DNA from: Candidatus Latescibacterota bacterium
Lineage (GTDB): Bacteria > Latescibacterota > UBA2968 > UBA8231
Assembly (NCBI GenBank): GCA_965208105.1
Contig: OZ242318.1
Span: 4,416,001 to 4,480,000, forward strand
Direction of reading: 5' to 3'
DNA length: 64,000 bases
The notes below the pieces were generated by a model. That model saw only the letters and a list, made by a program, of their open reading frames with translations, did not search any database and was not told where the DNA came from. Position numbers and translations under genes: made by a program. This document shows positions 50,447 to 60,034 of this stretch, one piece after another. The stretch's first letter is position 1. Each line of letters opens with the position of its first letter.

Positions 50447-50553
50447 GGATTCGATTTTTTATCGCTCGAAGGCTGGACAGGCTCCTCAAGGTGCCTGACC
50501 GCGCTACATGGCTGCTAAAATAATATTCGGAATGAAGGTTGGACAGGCCGCAC

Positions 50554-50721
50554 CTAGTGTTCCGTCGCAGAGATAGGTTGGCGCAATTGGGCCGCCGAGG
50601 CGCCCGGCTCACAAGGCGCCTGAGCGAGTCGTACCAGTGGTGTACGGCGAGTGAAGGCAACGCCGTGAGCCGGGATGGATCGGGGGAAAAATGGCGACAT
50701 ATTTCTGCGACGGGACACGAG
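50554..50721. mobile_element. MITE copy 2 (inverted relative to copy 1)
   Basis: CTAGTGTTCCGTCGCAGAGATA ... TATTTCTGCGACGGGACACGAG; reverse complement of 10189-10356 with few mismatches. Confidence 0.85.
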
Positions 50722-50817
50722 TGCTCGACAGCGCCGCAAGGCAGGTGGCTTTTCGACGGCCGGGCAGGATGCCGTCCTACCCGGGGTCTGCCGAGAGCGC
50801 CTGCCCGGGAGTTGCTC

Positions 50818-51723
50818 TCACAGGATATCCAATACCCGTTCGAACCTGCGGTGAATTTCCCCTGACTCGGCAAGCTTGAGACTGGACCTCCCCCAGGAAG
50901 GAAACCGGGGCCGGCGAAAGGCTTCGACCAGAGAATATAGAGGAGCCATCAGGTCGTCCAGGATTCTTTCCCGGGGATCGGTCTTGCCGTACGTGGACCG
51001 GAACGCAGCCGCAGCATCCGGGCCGAGAGAGCCGGTCGCGTTTCTGTAATCGGAGTAGCGCAATCCCAGCCCCAGAAGGTGGTAGTCAAACACCACGGCG
51101 CTGGTTGGCTTCGCCTCCCGGGACAAAGCCAGATTGGTCCAGTGGAAGTCATTGTAGGTGAGGGCCTCGGCAGAGGTCATGGCGGCGGCCTTGACTGTGT
51201 CGATGTGGTCGGCAAGAGTGACCCACCTGGGCCGATCCGAGCCTCCGACCTTGGATGACATCTCCAGAATTGATCCAGCAGTCAATTCATCGATCTCGCG
51301 CCATAAAAATGAAAGATCGACCCGAGCCGTCCCCAGTCGCGAGCCCGCATCGTGAAGTGCACGATACCAGGCGGCCAGAGCGACTCCAACTTCTGCCCTG
51401 CCTGCATCCTCCTCGCGGGCAAGTCTGAGCTGCCTGCTGGCTGCCAGATCCTCGAGAAGAATCGCGTTATTCGTCCTGGCAATCATGCGGAGGGTGGGGA
51501 CCCCGAGGTCCATAAGCAGGGCATAGGCACCGACTTCCCTCGAGGCATGGGGGTCTCCGAATACTTTCAGTATGTATGAAGAACCCCCCAGAGAGATCCG
51601 GAAAAGGTGATTCCAGTGACTCTTTGGTATTGGCTCGACCTTTTCGAGATGGGCCGTATCAAACCCCATCTCCTCCAGGACAGGTCCCACATCAGGGGCA
51701 GATTCGATTTTTTCCCTCTCCAA
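50818..51723 (-). CDS. Aminoglycoside phosphotransferase/choline kinase-like protein
   Basis: YILKVF, LLEDL, YNDFHWTN, VFDY. Confidence 0.8.
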   Translation of the reverse strand: MEREKIESAPDVGPVLEEMGFDTAHLEKVEPIPKSHWNHLFRISLGGSSYILKVFGDPHASREVGAYALLMDLGVPTLRMIARTNNAILLEDLAASRQLRLAREEDAGRAEVGVALAAWYRALHDAGSRLGTARVDLSFLWREIDELTAGSILEMSSKVGGSDRPRWVTLADHIDTVKAAAMTSAEALTYNDFHWTNLALSREAKPTSAVVFDYHLLGLGLRYSDYRNATGSLGPDAAAAFRSTYGKTDPRERILDDLMAPLYSLVEAFRRPRFPSWGRSSLKLAESGEIHRRFERVLDIL

Positions 51724-51783
51724 TGGCTGGCCGTCGTGAACGGACCCTCGCGGAGATGCTCGCCAGCATTTCTTCCAATTTTT

Positions 51784-52212
51784 TCAAGCGGATTGGTCCG
51801 AGAACGTCTCCTCGCCCCTTTCTTTCTGTTTCCGCCTTATCTCAGCGATTTCTTCTTCAGTGAGAATTTCTCTTCCCGTTGCTGTCGTCCGTTCGACGAG
51901 TTCCAGCTTCAACTCCCTGTTGGTCAGCCATTCCCAGCGAGCAAAATTTGCCGGGTGGGGATGTGGGTGGACATCACGAGGACCAATCTCCTCGGAAACG
52001 GCATATAGATAACCTGGCGTGACCCCGTTGTGCTTCACCTCACATTTGGCTGTAAGCGACTCACCTTCAACTGACATGGAGACAAGCGATGGGCTGTGCG
52101 AGAACGCTTTCGCCACACTTCTGTTCTGAGTGATAGAACTTCCGACCCGAAGTCTAGTCAGCTCCCGCTGAGAGCCATGGTACCAGGCAAGCCTGAAGTC
52201 GCAATCTGGCAT
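51784..52212 (-). CDS. Hypothetical protein, possible ADP-ribosyltransferase fold
   Basis: WYHGS, SIT, GYLY.V, WEW. Confidence 0.55.
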   Translation of the reverse strand: MPDCDFRLAWYHGSQRELTRLRVGSSITQNRSVAKAFSHSPSLVSMSVEGESLTAKCEVKHNGVTPGYLYAVSEEIGPRDVHPHPHPANFARWEWLTNRELKLELVERTTATGREILTEEEIAEIRRKQKERGEETFSDQSA

Positions 52213-52219
52213 CTGCAGC

Positions 52220-52984
52220 CTAAAGTGTTGGAGTCGCTGCTTCACGAGCCCAGGCAACCTTGGCCAGTGCGAACGACTCTACCTCACGACAGAGAATGGA
52301 AACTTCCCCTGGGTGAGCAGCCTTGCCATCTACATATGCACGAACCGGGTCCAACCGCTTCAAAAGGGCCACATCCCCGGGAAGGTTGGAGAAGGCCCGG
52401 AAGACATCTCGTTTGTTCAAAATGTATTCCCCGGTTTGGTTCCAAACAAAAATTCTAAGCCAGTATAGGATATTGTTTACCCTCGCATCGTCATCGTCAA
52501 TCGGAGCCGGCCGAGTGCGCTTCCATGCTCCCAAGATGTCTGGCACAAGCGCCATTAGGGACCGCTTCATATCGTCCTGAGATGGTTCCGGAATGGCTGC
52601 CAAATCGAGGTGTCCTGAAATTACTCTTCCTTGACGCTTGAGTTGGAGGATCTCGTAGGCCATATCACTGAGATTTCCAAACGGTGGGCAGAGGTCCCGC
52701 TCACGGATGGCATATCCCCCGAACCCTTTCCGGAACCTGTACTTCATCCAGTACTGCTCAGCCATCTTCTTGATTTCGGGCAGAAGGCCATCCGGGCAGG
52801 CATCCTTTGCCACGACAATTAGATCGATGTCGCTTCGGCCGGGAACGTAGCCTCCGGTCGGAAGCGATCCGACTGCGACGACCGCAACTAGATGAGGACC
52901 CAATACATCGCTGCTCTCGGCAGCGAAAGAATGGGCTATTCTCCAGGCGTGGTCTTCGGAAACGAGGGGTGCAGGCGAAGTCAT
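52220..52984 (-). CDS. Nucleotidyltransferase domain protein (Pol-beta/ANT-like)
   Basis: VGSL..GGY.PGRSDIDL. Confidence 0.8.
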   Translation of the reverse strand: MTSPAPLVSEDHAWRIAHSFAAESSDVLGPHLVAVVAVGSLPTGGYVPGRSDIDLIVVAKDACPDGLLPEIKKMAEQYWMKYRFRKGFGGYAIRERDLCPPFGNLSDMAYEILQLKRQGRVISGHLDLAAIPEPSQDDMKRSLMALVPDILGAWKRTRPAPIDDDDARVNNILYWLRIFVWNQTGEYILNKRDVFRAFSNLPGDVALLKRLDPVRAYVDGKAAHPGEVSILCREVESFALAKVAWAREAATPTL

Positions 52985-53104
52985 GATGCTCCAAGGCAGC
53001 TTGCGAGGGGATCTTCACCCCCGGGAGTGAAAAATGTCATGGGGTCAGATAACCCGAGTAAATGCGATGATATGCGTGTGCGAAATCAGACACAGGTCCA
53101 AATG

Positions 53105-53878
53105 CTATATGAGAATGCCGCGAAGCATTTCTAACGACGAAATGACCTGAACGCCATCTGGACATGCCGGGCTGGAATCCGGATCAACATGGGAATCCAC
53201 CCTGCCAAAATCTCGAGGGATCGGCTCGGTGTCCCTGTCCTGCCTGTCGATCAGAATGGGAGTCATTCCAATTGCTTCTGACCCTTTGATGTCGTCCTCT
53301 ACAGAATCGCCGACGAACGCAACCTCCTCCGCTGCCAACCCGATATCGCCCAACGCCAGGGAGAAGATTCCAGGATCGGGCTTTTCGATGCCTACTTCTC
53401 CCGATACAACGACAGTATCGAAACATTTTGTCAGTTCCAAATCAGCAAGGCGGGAGTGTACGTGGGGCGGATGATCGAAATTTGAGATCAGGCCAATTCG
53501 AAGTGTGGACCTCATATCATTCAGCAGGGTTTGAGCTTGAGGATCGAGAAAGGTGTGCCGCGCCCAGGAGTGCACGCTCTTTCCGGAAATGTCCGATATT
53601 TCCCTCTCCGTAAGTTCGACTCCAAGCTGCTTTCCAAGAGCTCCAATTCGTCGCTCGTACAGGGTCAGCTCCTGCCCGTAATCCCCCGGGGGATCGGGAT
53701 TGCTGAAAAAACCGGTGCAGGCGGTTCGAAGCTTGTCCTCTCCCACCTTTACTCCCAACTTTTGCAGCGATTCGAGGATGGAAGAAATCCACTCTTGCCA
53801 GGCGGTTTCCATGTCCCCGTAAACAAGGATTGTTCCGTAAAGGTCAAAGAGAACACCATTAAGTTTGCGCGTTGTCAT
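53105..53878 (-). CDS. HAD family hydrolase
   Basis: FDLYGT, ISN, KPDP, VGDS..DD. Confidence 0.88.
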   Translation of the reverse strand: MTTRKLNGVLFDLYGTILVYGDMETAWQEWISSILESLQKLGVKVGEDKLRTACTGFFSNPDPPGDYGQELTLYERRIGALGKQLGVELTEREISDISGKSVHSWARHTFLDPQAQTLLNDMRSTLRIGLISNFDHPPHVHSRLADLELTKCFDTVVVSGEVGIEKPDPGIFSLALGDIGLAAEEVAFVGDSVEDDIKGSEAIGMTPILIDRQDRDTEPIPRDFGRVDSHVDPDSSPACPDGVQVISSLEMLRGILI

Positions 53879-54087
53879 GCTGGATTGGATTTTGCCCAGG
53901 CCGAACCGCACGCGCCGGCTACGAGTCTTGCCGGCTTTTCAGGATCAGGGTCATGGCCATATCATCATGCTACTATGGCATAAAGATTTGTGGGATAACA
54001 ATTCCCGAATTTGTCAACGGGTGCCCGAAGGTCAAAAGGGAGCAGGCCCAGGGCAAGTCATGCTGTTGGGCGCCTTGTCCAGATGGC

Positions 54088-54927
54088 TTAGAGGTCTCCG
54101 GCATCTTGGCTCCACTTAATTAGAAATTTTCTGGCCAGGTTTCTGCCCTCCTCGTTGAAATCATGACCTCCAGTTCGATAAAATTTGTTCTCAACATCAA
54201 CTTGGTGACCCTCTAGATATTTTACCAGTTCTCTAGAGTGTTGAACCTCGACGAACGGATCGTCCTCGTTGTGAGTTACGACGACCTTGGTACCATTTGC
54301 CAATAAGACTTTTCCTGCATGATCCCCGTCAAGGCGTGAGTAATAGGCGCCAGCGTGAACAAAGCAGAGATCGACAAGGTCTGGGTGATCGACCGCGAAT
54401 CGGAATCCGAAAGCGGCACCCTGTGAATGTCCGAAGATTGCTATCTTTTTATCACTTATCCTGTACCGGGATCTTGCGTCTCTGATACACTCCGCTATCA
54501 GACCAGTATATAGCCGCTCAATGACCATAGGATCTATCTTCAGCGAATCGTCGACTACAATGGTGCTTTCACGGGTATAGTCCTCTGGCCATGCGGTATA
54601 ACCTGTCTCTCCCCCAAAGAAATCTAAATTTGCGGGATGTGGTGCTCTCGCCATCAAATAAATTACATGGTCTCGAGGGAAATAGTCAGACAGGAGATAT
54701 TGATACCTTTCTTCTGTTTGTCCTCGACCATGGACAAGCACGCACAGAGGATATGTCGCGTTTGCGCTTTCGGACGAGAAGTAGCCGGGAGGCAGAATAA
54801 CCGAATAGTACCCCACATTTCGCTGCAGGATCGGATGAATTATATAATCAACAGGAACCTCTCTGTCGGCGTGGGACACATTTATGAATAGACTCAATGC
54901 AATCAGGGTTACCAGAGATCTTCTCAT
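54088..54927 (-). CDS. Secreted alpha/beta hydrolase (esterase)
   Basis: Signal peptide, HGRG, GHSQG nucleophile, D and H (GGHD). Confidence 0.85.
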   Translation of the reverse strand: MRRSLVTLIALSLFINVSHADREVPVDYIIHPILQRNVGYYSVILPPGYFSSESANATYPLCVLVHGRGQTEERYQYLLSDYFPRDHVIYLMARAPHPANLDFFGGETGYTAWPEDYTRESTIVVDDSLKIDPMVIERLYTGLIAECIRDARSRYRISDKKIAIFGHSQGAAFGFRFAVDHPDLVDLCFVHAGAYYSRLDGDHAGKVLLANGTKVVVTHNEDDPFVEVQHSRELVKYLEGHQVDVENKFYRTGGHDFNEEGRNLARKFLIKWSQDAGDL

Positions 54928-54985
54928 GCCGCCTCCATGCAGGGCCACTCGATATGGCTCCGGCTGTTCACATGTCGAAATTACG

Positions 54986-56134
54986 TCAGGCGTCGTAGTC
55001 CAGTATTCGGTTCAATAGACGACACCCGCCGTCTTCCATCAACACGTCCACTTCGAAACGGGTCCCTCCCCAGTCGAAGCCGCGCAGGTCGTATTTGATG
55101 GCCAGGGTCATGCCAGGTTCTAGGCGAAAATCGGAACCGGCATCCAGATTCGGCCATTCGACCACGTTGATGCCTACGCCGTGACCGACCGCCCGCATCC
55201 CCCTGGCGTAGCGTCTGAACTGCTCCCCGTATCCCGCCGCCTCGGACTTTTCCAGAAGATAATCATAGATCGTCGAGGCCGGTTGGCCTGGCCGGAGATG
55301 GTCGATGACTCCCCTCAGGACATCCCTGCTCAGGTGGAGAACGCTCCCTTTTTCGCCGTCGGCATCGCCGTGAAACACGGTAACGGCGGTGTCGGCGCAG
55401 TAGCCTCGGTAGATCGGGTTGACGTCGATCAGTACGGGGTCGCCCGGAGCGATCTCGTGGTCCGAGGGCCGCCAGGTCGGCATTTGGGTGTGCTGGCCGG
55501 CGGACACGATCGTGGCGCTGCCCAGATTGGCACCTCCGAGCCTGACGGGGTGTTCAGCCGCCGCGGCCAGATCATTCTCGCTGGCGTCACCGGCTTTCAG
55601 GCGCTCGATCGCCGCCTCCAATCCCGTATCGGCCAGATGGGCGGCCTGCTCCATCAACGCGACTTCCTCCGGGCATTTGATCGCCCGCATGCTATTGAGG
55701 AGATCGTCGGCACAAACGAACTCGCTTTGTGCCAGGGCGGTCCGCATGCGCCGGTAGTATTTGACCGGCAGCAGGGCCTCACCCACCAGTCCCAATTTCA
55801 GTTTGCGTCCTGCCTGTTCACGGAGCCGCTCGAAGAATGGGCCCAATGCGTCTATGGCGCGAATATCCTCGATCCAGGTGATGGCTTCAGCCGTCCTGGC
55901 GTTGATCGCACCCAGGAACAGGGTGACTTGGCCCTCGGCCGAAAGGTAGACGCCTTGGGGCGACTCCTCGATGACGTTGATCGGGTAATAGTCGGCCAGG
56001 TAAAGGGTACTGCCCGGCCGGTATTCATCCGAGAAGGCGAACAGGCCATCCAGACCGTTGTCGATCAGATAGCGGCGGACAGCGGCAACGCGGTGACTGA
56101 ATGTTTCACGGCTCAGGCCGGTGAATCCTGGCAT
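54986..56134 (-). CDS. M24 (pita-bread) family protein with non-canonical metal ligands
   Basis: RAIK.PEE, ID, GYCADT, GHGVG, L.PGM. Confidence 0.85.
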   Translation of the reverse strand: MPGFTGLSRETFSHRVAAVRRYLIDNGLDGLFAFSDEYRPGSTLYLADYYPINVIEESPQGVYLSAEGQVTLFLGAINARTAEAITWIEDIRAIDALGPFFERLREQAGRKLKLGLVGEALLPVKYYRRMRTALAQSEFVCADDLLNSMRAIKCPEEVALMEQAAHLADTGLEAAIERLKAGDASENDLAAAAEHPVRLGGANLGSATIVSAGQHTQMPTWRPSDHEIAPGDPVLIDVNPIYRGYCADTAVTVFHGDADGEKGSVLHLSRDVLRGVIDHLRPGQPASTIYDYLLEKSEAAGYGEQFRRYARGMRAVGHGVGINVVEWPNLDAGSDFRLEPGMTLAIKYDLRGFDWGGTRFEVDVLMEDGGCRLLNRILDYDA

Positions 56135-56189
56135 GGATCATTCTCCCTTGCAGCTCCGCGATGTTTCGGCGTCGTAGCTGTTCCAACAC

Positions 56190-56705
56190 TCATGCGCCTA
56201 CTGAGAGAGGCGTATCCGGTGGCCCTTTCTCGGCTATGCTCTCAAGGAGACAATGAAGGTTTCCAGGAGCGAACCTTTCTTCGGAACTGTCTATGGCGCC
56301 GATTGTCCACCAATGGAACTCTCGAAACGCAGACGCCTCGCCAGGAGCTGCCTCCACGTCCATTACGGGAACAAAGTAGCCTGCTCGCACAAGAAAATAG
56401 ACTTCGTGCTGCCTGTAGCTCCGTCCATTCCAGGAGAAATCGTGTTTTCTCGTCCATATGGGAGGTCCCAGGCGGAAGTCCCGCGCGCCGGTCTCTTCGG
56501 CGACTTCGCGGCGAAGTCCTTCTTCGTCAGATTCACCGGGTTCCAAACCTCCGCCGGGGGTAATCCAAATCTGTAATCCTGTAACAGGCTCTTGGACCTT
56601 CATCAGCAGAATCCGATGATCCGGAGTCATAATTACCGCTCGTACAGCCTTTCTCCGGATCATAACCATGTTGATCCGGTGATCATGTTCGATTTCATAC
56701 TCCAA
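56190..56705 (-). CDS. NUDIX hydrolase
   Basis: GGGLEPGES.....RREVAEETG. Confidence 0.9.
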   Translation of the reverse strand: MEYEIEHDHRINMVMIRRKAVRAVIMTPDHRILLMKVQEPVTGLQIWITPGGGLEPGESDEEGLRREVAEETGARDFRLGPPIWTRKHDFSWNGRSYRQHEVYFLVRAGYFVPVMDVEAAPGEASAFREFHWWTIGAIDSSEERFAPGNLHCLLESIAEKGPPDTPLSVGA

Positions 56706-56880
56706 AGCGATTCGCTTAACGTCCTGCCAATTGCGGATTCGCGAAGGTGATTGCCAAAAACCAAGCCGTATATGCGGGGCAGCGCAAATTGGTTGCTAAA
56801 CGATGCCGGACATTTCTTCGATCAACGGGTTGTCTCGAACTCAAGCAACATTGAGAGGGGCTGTTTGCGTTCTCCAAAAA

Positions 56881-57627
56881 TTACAGTTTCACAATCCGAA
56901 GCTCCCTGAATTTGGCGCCGCTGCGCTGCACCTCCAGCCAGATGAACACCGGGAACTGCGGCTCGAAGGGATGACTTATCTCCACGTTCCCGCTGGATAC
57001 GGTGAAGTTCTCACCATCCAGGGTGCAGAGGACCTCATGCCACTTGCCGACCTCCATCGGCAGGGGGGCATAGGCCTCCCTGCGCCACGGTCCCCTGATT
57101 CCGGCGGCATCGAAGACCTTGCGGCCACTGTCAATCTGGATCGTGTGGGGCTCGTCATCATCGAGGGCGACCAGCACGTTGTTGCCGGCGGCATCCACGA
57201 TGCCGACCATTTTTCCATCCCCATGGGCGCGGGCAAGTGCGGCCACCTGGTATGAGAGCTGAAACGGTTGATGAAGGACGAATTCGGAGATCAGGAAGTG
57301 CTTGCGATCGGAAGTAGGACAGATGATCTCGCCGTCCCTGGCCTGCCACTGCTCCGACAGAGACCACCAGTTTTCCAGGCTCTCGCCGTTGAACAGGTCG
57401 CCGCCTTCATCCTCTAAAGATTGCCATCTGCCTTCTTCTACCAGTTGGCTGACCCGGTCGACATCGCCGCGTCCCATGGCCGCTGCGAGACTGTCGCTTT
57501 CACTCACTCCTTCGGCGGTCGTGGCAACCCCATCGTGGGGATGGGCAAACGACGTGCGGCCCTGAATGTTGATAGCCTTTGATACAAGCAGGACCAGAAT
57601 GGTCGCGGTGAGTATGCGGCCCAACAT
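56881..57627 (-). CDS. Secreted hypothetical protein, concanavalin/DUF1080-like domain
   Basis: Signal peptide, LFNGESLENW, KWHEV, FRELRI. Confidence 0.65.
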   Translation of the reverse strand: MLGRILTATILVLLVSKAINIQGRTSFAHPHDGVATTAEGVSESDSLAAAMGRGDVDRVSQLVEEGRWQSLEDEGGDLFNGESLENWWSLSEQWQARDGEIICPTSDRKHFLISEFVLHQPFQLSYQVAALARAHGDGKMVGIVDAAGNNVLVALDDDEPHTIQIDSGRKVFDAAGIRGPWRREAYAPLPMEVGKWHEVLCTLDGENFTVSSGNVEISHPFEPQFPVFIWLEVQRSGAKFRELRIVKL

Positions 57628-57695
57628 GGCAATTCCTCCCATTGTGGTTCAGGGGCGCAATTCGTGGTGTTTTTTGTGATCTCTTCTCCTCTTTA

Positions 57696-57789
57696 CCGCC
57701 GATCCATCCCGGCCCACGGCGTTGCCTTCACTCGCCATACACTACTGGTACGACTCGCTCAGGCGCCTTGCGAGCCGGGCGCTTCGGCG
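57696..57789. repeat. Partial MITE copy (internal hairpin core only, no TIRs)
   Basis: Matches ~10224-10317 of copy 1 with few substitutions. Confidence 0.8.
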
Positions 57790-57817
57790 CTCTCGTTGGC
57801 AGGCTAAATTACGCGCG

Positions 57818-58180
57818 CTAGGTCTCCATGAGGATTTCGACCCGATTCCCGAAGGGGTCCCTGAATTCGAAGCGGTCCATCCCTGGAATGGCAACCGATT
57901 CTTCGATCTCGATCCCCGCCGCTGCAAGCAGGGACCTCCAGGAAGAAATGTCGTTCACCTCATAAGCCAGGTGTGCCTTGGTTGCCCGTCGATTCACGCC
58001 ATCCTCGGTCCCCACGTGGACCTGGCGGTCTCCCACCTGAAGCCAGAATCCGCCCCGTGCTCTCAGCGCTTCCGGCTTCTCGATCTCCGGCAACTTCAGG
58101 ATCTCGCAGTAGAATTGCCTGGCTCTGTCTTCCGCTCCCTTTGGAACGGTGATCTGTGCATGGTGCAAGCTCCTGATCAT
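57818..58180 (-). CDS. Glyoxalase/VOC family protein
   Basis: HHAQI, ARQFY, HLAYEV, DPFGNRVE. Confidence 0.88.
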   Translation of the reverse strand: MIRSLHHAQITVPKGAEDRARQFYCEILKLPEIEKPEALRARGGFWLQVGDRQVHVGTEDGVNRRATKAHLAYEVNDISSWRSLLAAAGIEIEESVAIPGMDRFEFRDPFGNRVEILMET

Positions 58181-58201
58181 TTAGAATTCCACAGCTCGGT
58201 T

Positions 58202-58549
58202 TCAATCCCACGGTTCGGAACCGATACGCAACACGTGGCCGTCAGGGTCTACTACGTTGAATTCAAGAGCCCACGGATATTTTGTAAGCCCCTTGCGGAT
58301 GGTGGCGTCTCGGGAGGAAAGGAAATCGAAGGCCTTTCTGGCATTGTCGACCCCAACGTATATCCAAGTGCCTGGATTTCCCTGGCTGCCTCTGCACAGG
58401 AGTATATTGCATTCATCTCGAGATACACAGGTGAAATCGTCATCTCCCCATTCGGCATTCTTGAATCCCAGGAGATCTACGTAGAATCGAAGGCTTCGCT
58501 GCATATCCGCAACGGAAAGAATTGGATCAATACTGTTGACCTGGTTCAT
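58202..58549 (-). CDS. Bleomycin-resistance-like VOC protein
   Basis: PILSVADM.RSLRFY, PW..EF.VVDPDGH. Confidence 0.82.
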   Translation of the reverse strand: MNQVNSIDPILSVADMQRSLRFYVDLLGFKNAEWGDDDFTCVSRDECNILLCRGSQGNPGTWIYVGVDNARKAFDFLSSRDATIRKGLTKYPWALEFNVVDPDGHVLRIGSEPWD

Positions 58550-58633
58550 TATTATCTCCTTTCAGTTTGGACCGTTGCCACGGACCTCGGTGGCATCACA
58601 GCCTGCTCATCACCTACGTATAATGTTCAAAAT

Positions 58634-59254
58634 TTATCGGACCAGGGAGTCGGTGTGCCCTCGATCGAGCACGCCGTGGTCACGCGAAAATTTCTCGACC
58701 TCGGCCGATGACTGCAGGCGCAGGAACTGTATGTGCTGCCAGCGGGGCTCTGACATATAGGCTCGCATGTCGCGACGCTTGCGCCTGTGCTGCGTAACGA
58801 TCCACCACACGAGAGAGTCCTCCTTGTTCCAGACCTTCAGTTGGGGCCAGAACTCCTCATAGTTGGTGCCCCAGAGCAGTTCCTTTGTCCGCCAGCGTGA
58901 CCACGATCGCCGCAGTACGCGCCAGAGGAGAAGGTACATGGGCAGGTCAAGCCAAACGACGGTCTCCAGGCGCGGCCAGAAGGCGCGTTGCGAAAAACTC
59001 ATATATGAGCCAGCGGCTACCCATCCTTCTCCTGCAGTCGCCCTCTCTATGAGACTCTGGAACTCCACCGGGTCCGTCTCGTTCAAGCCCACCCAGCCAG
59101 GCCGCCAATTGAGCGCATCCAACTCCACAAAGGGAACCTGAAGAGCAGTAGCCAGCTGCTTGCCCAGAAGGCTTTTCCCCGAGCAACTGTTGCCAACCAC
59201 GTGGACCCTTCGGCCGATCCGGTGCTTCAGAGATTGCGAGCCTGATTCCTCCAT
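58634..59254 (-). CDS. P-loop kinase (adenylate kinase/FlaR-like)
   Basis: GNSCSGKS, ELDALNW.PGW, VVWLDLP. Confidence 0.82.
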   Translation of the reverse strand: MEESGSQSLKHRIGRRVHVVGNSCSGKSLLGKQLATALQVPFVELDALNWRPGWVGLNETDPVEFQSLIERATAGEGWVAAGSYMSFSQRAFWPRLETVVWLDLPMYLLLWRVLRRSWSRWRTKELLWGTNYEEFWPQLKVWNKEDSLVWWIVTQHRRKRRDMRAYMSEPRWQHIQFLRLQSSAEVEKFSRDHGVLDRGHTDSLVR

Positions 59255-59376
59255 GTCTCACTTCCGTGTTATGTTAAACTTGGCCTGATTGCGAAACCGC
59301 GCAATGGGTCGCAGAAGCCCAAGGCCCTGATGGGCTCCACAGCGCACCCGCTGACTTGGAAGCGAAAACATATCCC

Positions 59377-59874
59377 CTACGTAGAAAATTCCAGGTTTGC
59401 CCTAATTCGGGCGGTGATCGAGCCAGTCTGTTCAGGTGTCAGCCAGGCCGGAGTGACCTTTTCCCAACGGATGCCCTCAGATCTCGCAATGTGAGGAGGG
59501 AATTTACCCTGCGGAGTCGCTGAATTCCACTGTGGAACGAGGTGAAGATGATAATGAGGAACCTCCTGCAAGCTGGCAGTGCCGTTGTTCTCGTAAATCA
59601 GCAACCCTTCTGCCTTGACCGCGGTTGACAAGGCCCTGCCGACCCGCCGGGCGAGCCGAAGGATTTCAACCAACTCCGAATCGGTTAGATCAAACATGGT
59701 TGGCGCGTGCCTTCTCGAAATTACAATGCATTGACCCTCAAGAAATTGCCTTGGGTTCACCCTTGCAATTGCGGCATCGGTCTCCTCCACAAAATCGTCA
59801 GGTCCACCATTGCGCACAATTTCGCAGAAGAAACATGGCTCCTGCCTGGGCAATTCAAAACCATCGAAACTCAT
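59377..59874 (-). CDS. HIT family protein
   Basis: CFFC, NNG....QEVPHYHLHLVP. Confidence 0.9.
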   Translation of the reverse strand: MSFDGFELPRQEPCFFCEIVRNGGPDDFVEETDAAIARVNPRQFLEGQCIVISRRHAPTMFDLTDSELVEILRLARRVGRALSTAVKAEGLLIYENNGTASLQEVPHYHLHLVPQWNSATPQGKFPPHIARSEGIRWEKVTPAWLTPEQTGSITARIRANLEFST

Positions 59875-60034
59875 TGGGCGAAGCTCTCCCTTTTTCGCTG
59901 AAATTTCACCGGGTTGCGGACCACAAGCACACCAAGTGGCCGCCGAAGCCCAGGTTGTCATGGTCGCCGAAACGCCGAAACCGTGCACGGACGTGGTGTG
60001 CGCGGTTGAGACATCTGTCTTTCGACACCAAAGT

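Noticed and set aside
53993-54006. GGATAACAATTCCC matches half of the lac operator found in vectors
   Set aside because: Only a 14-nt half-site with no other vector sequence; likely chance or an attC-like remnant.
57722-58711. 329-aa plus-strand ORF starting in the MITE core (also 50214-50873)
   Set aside because: Translation of the repeat plus the antisense of real genes; not a transposase.
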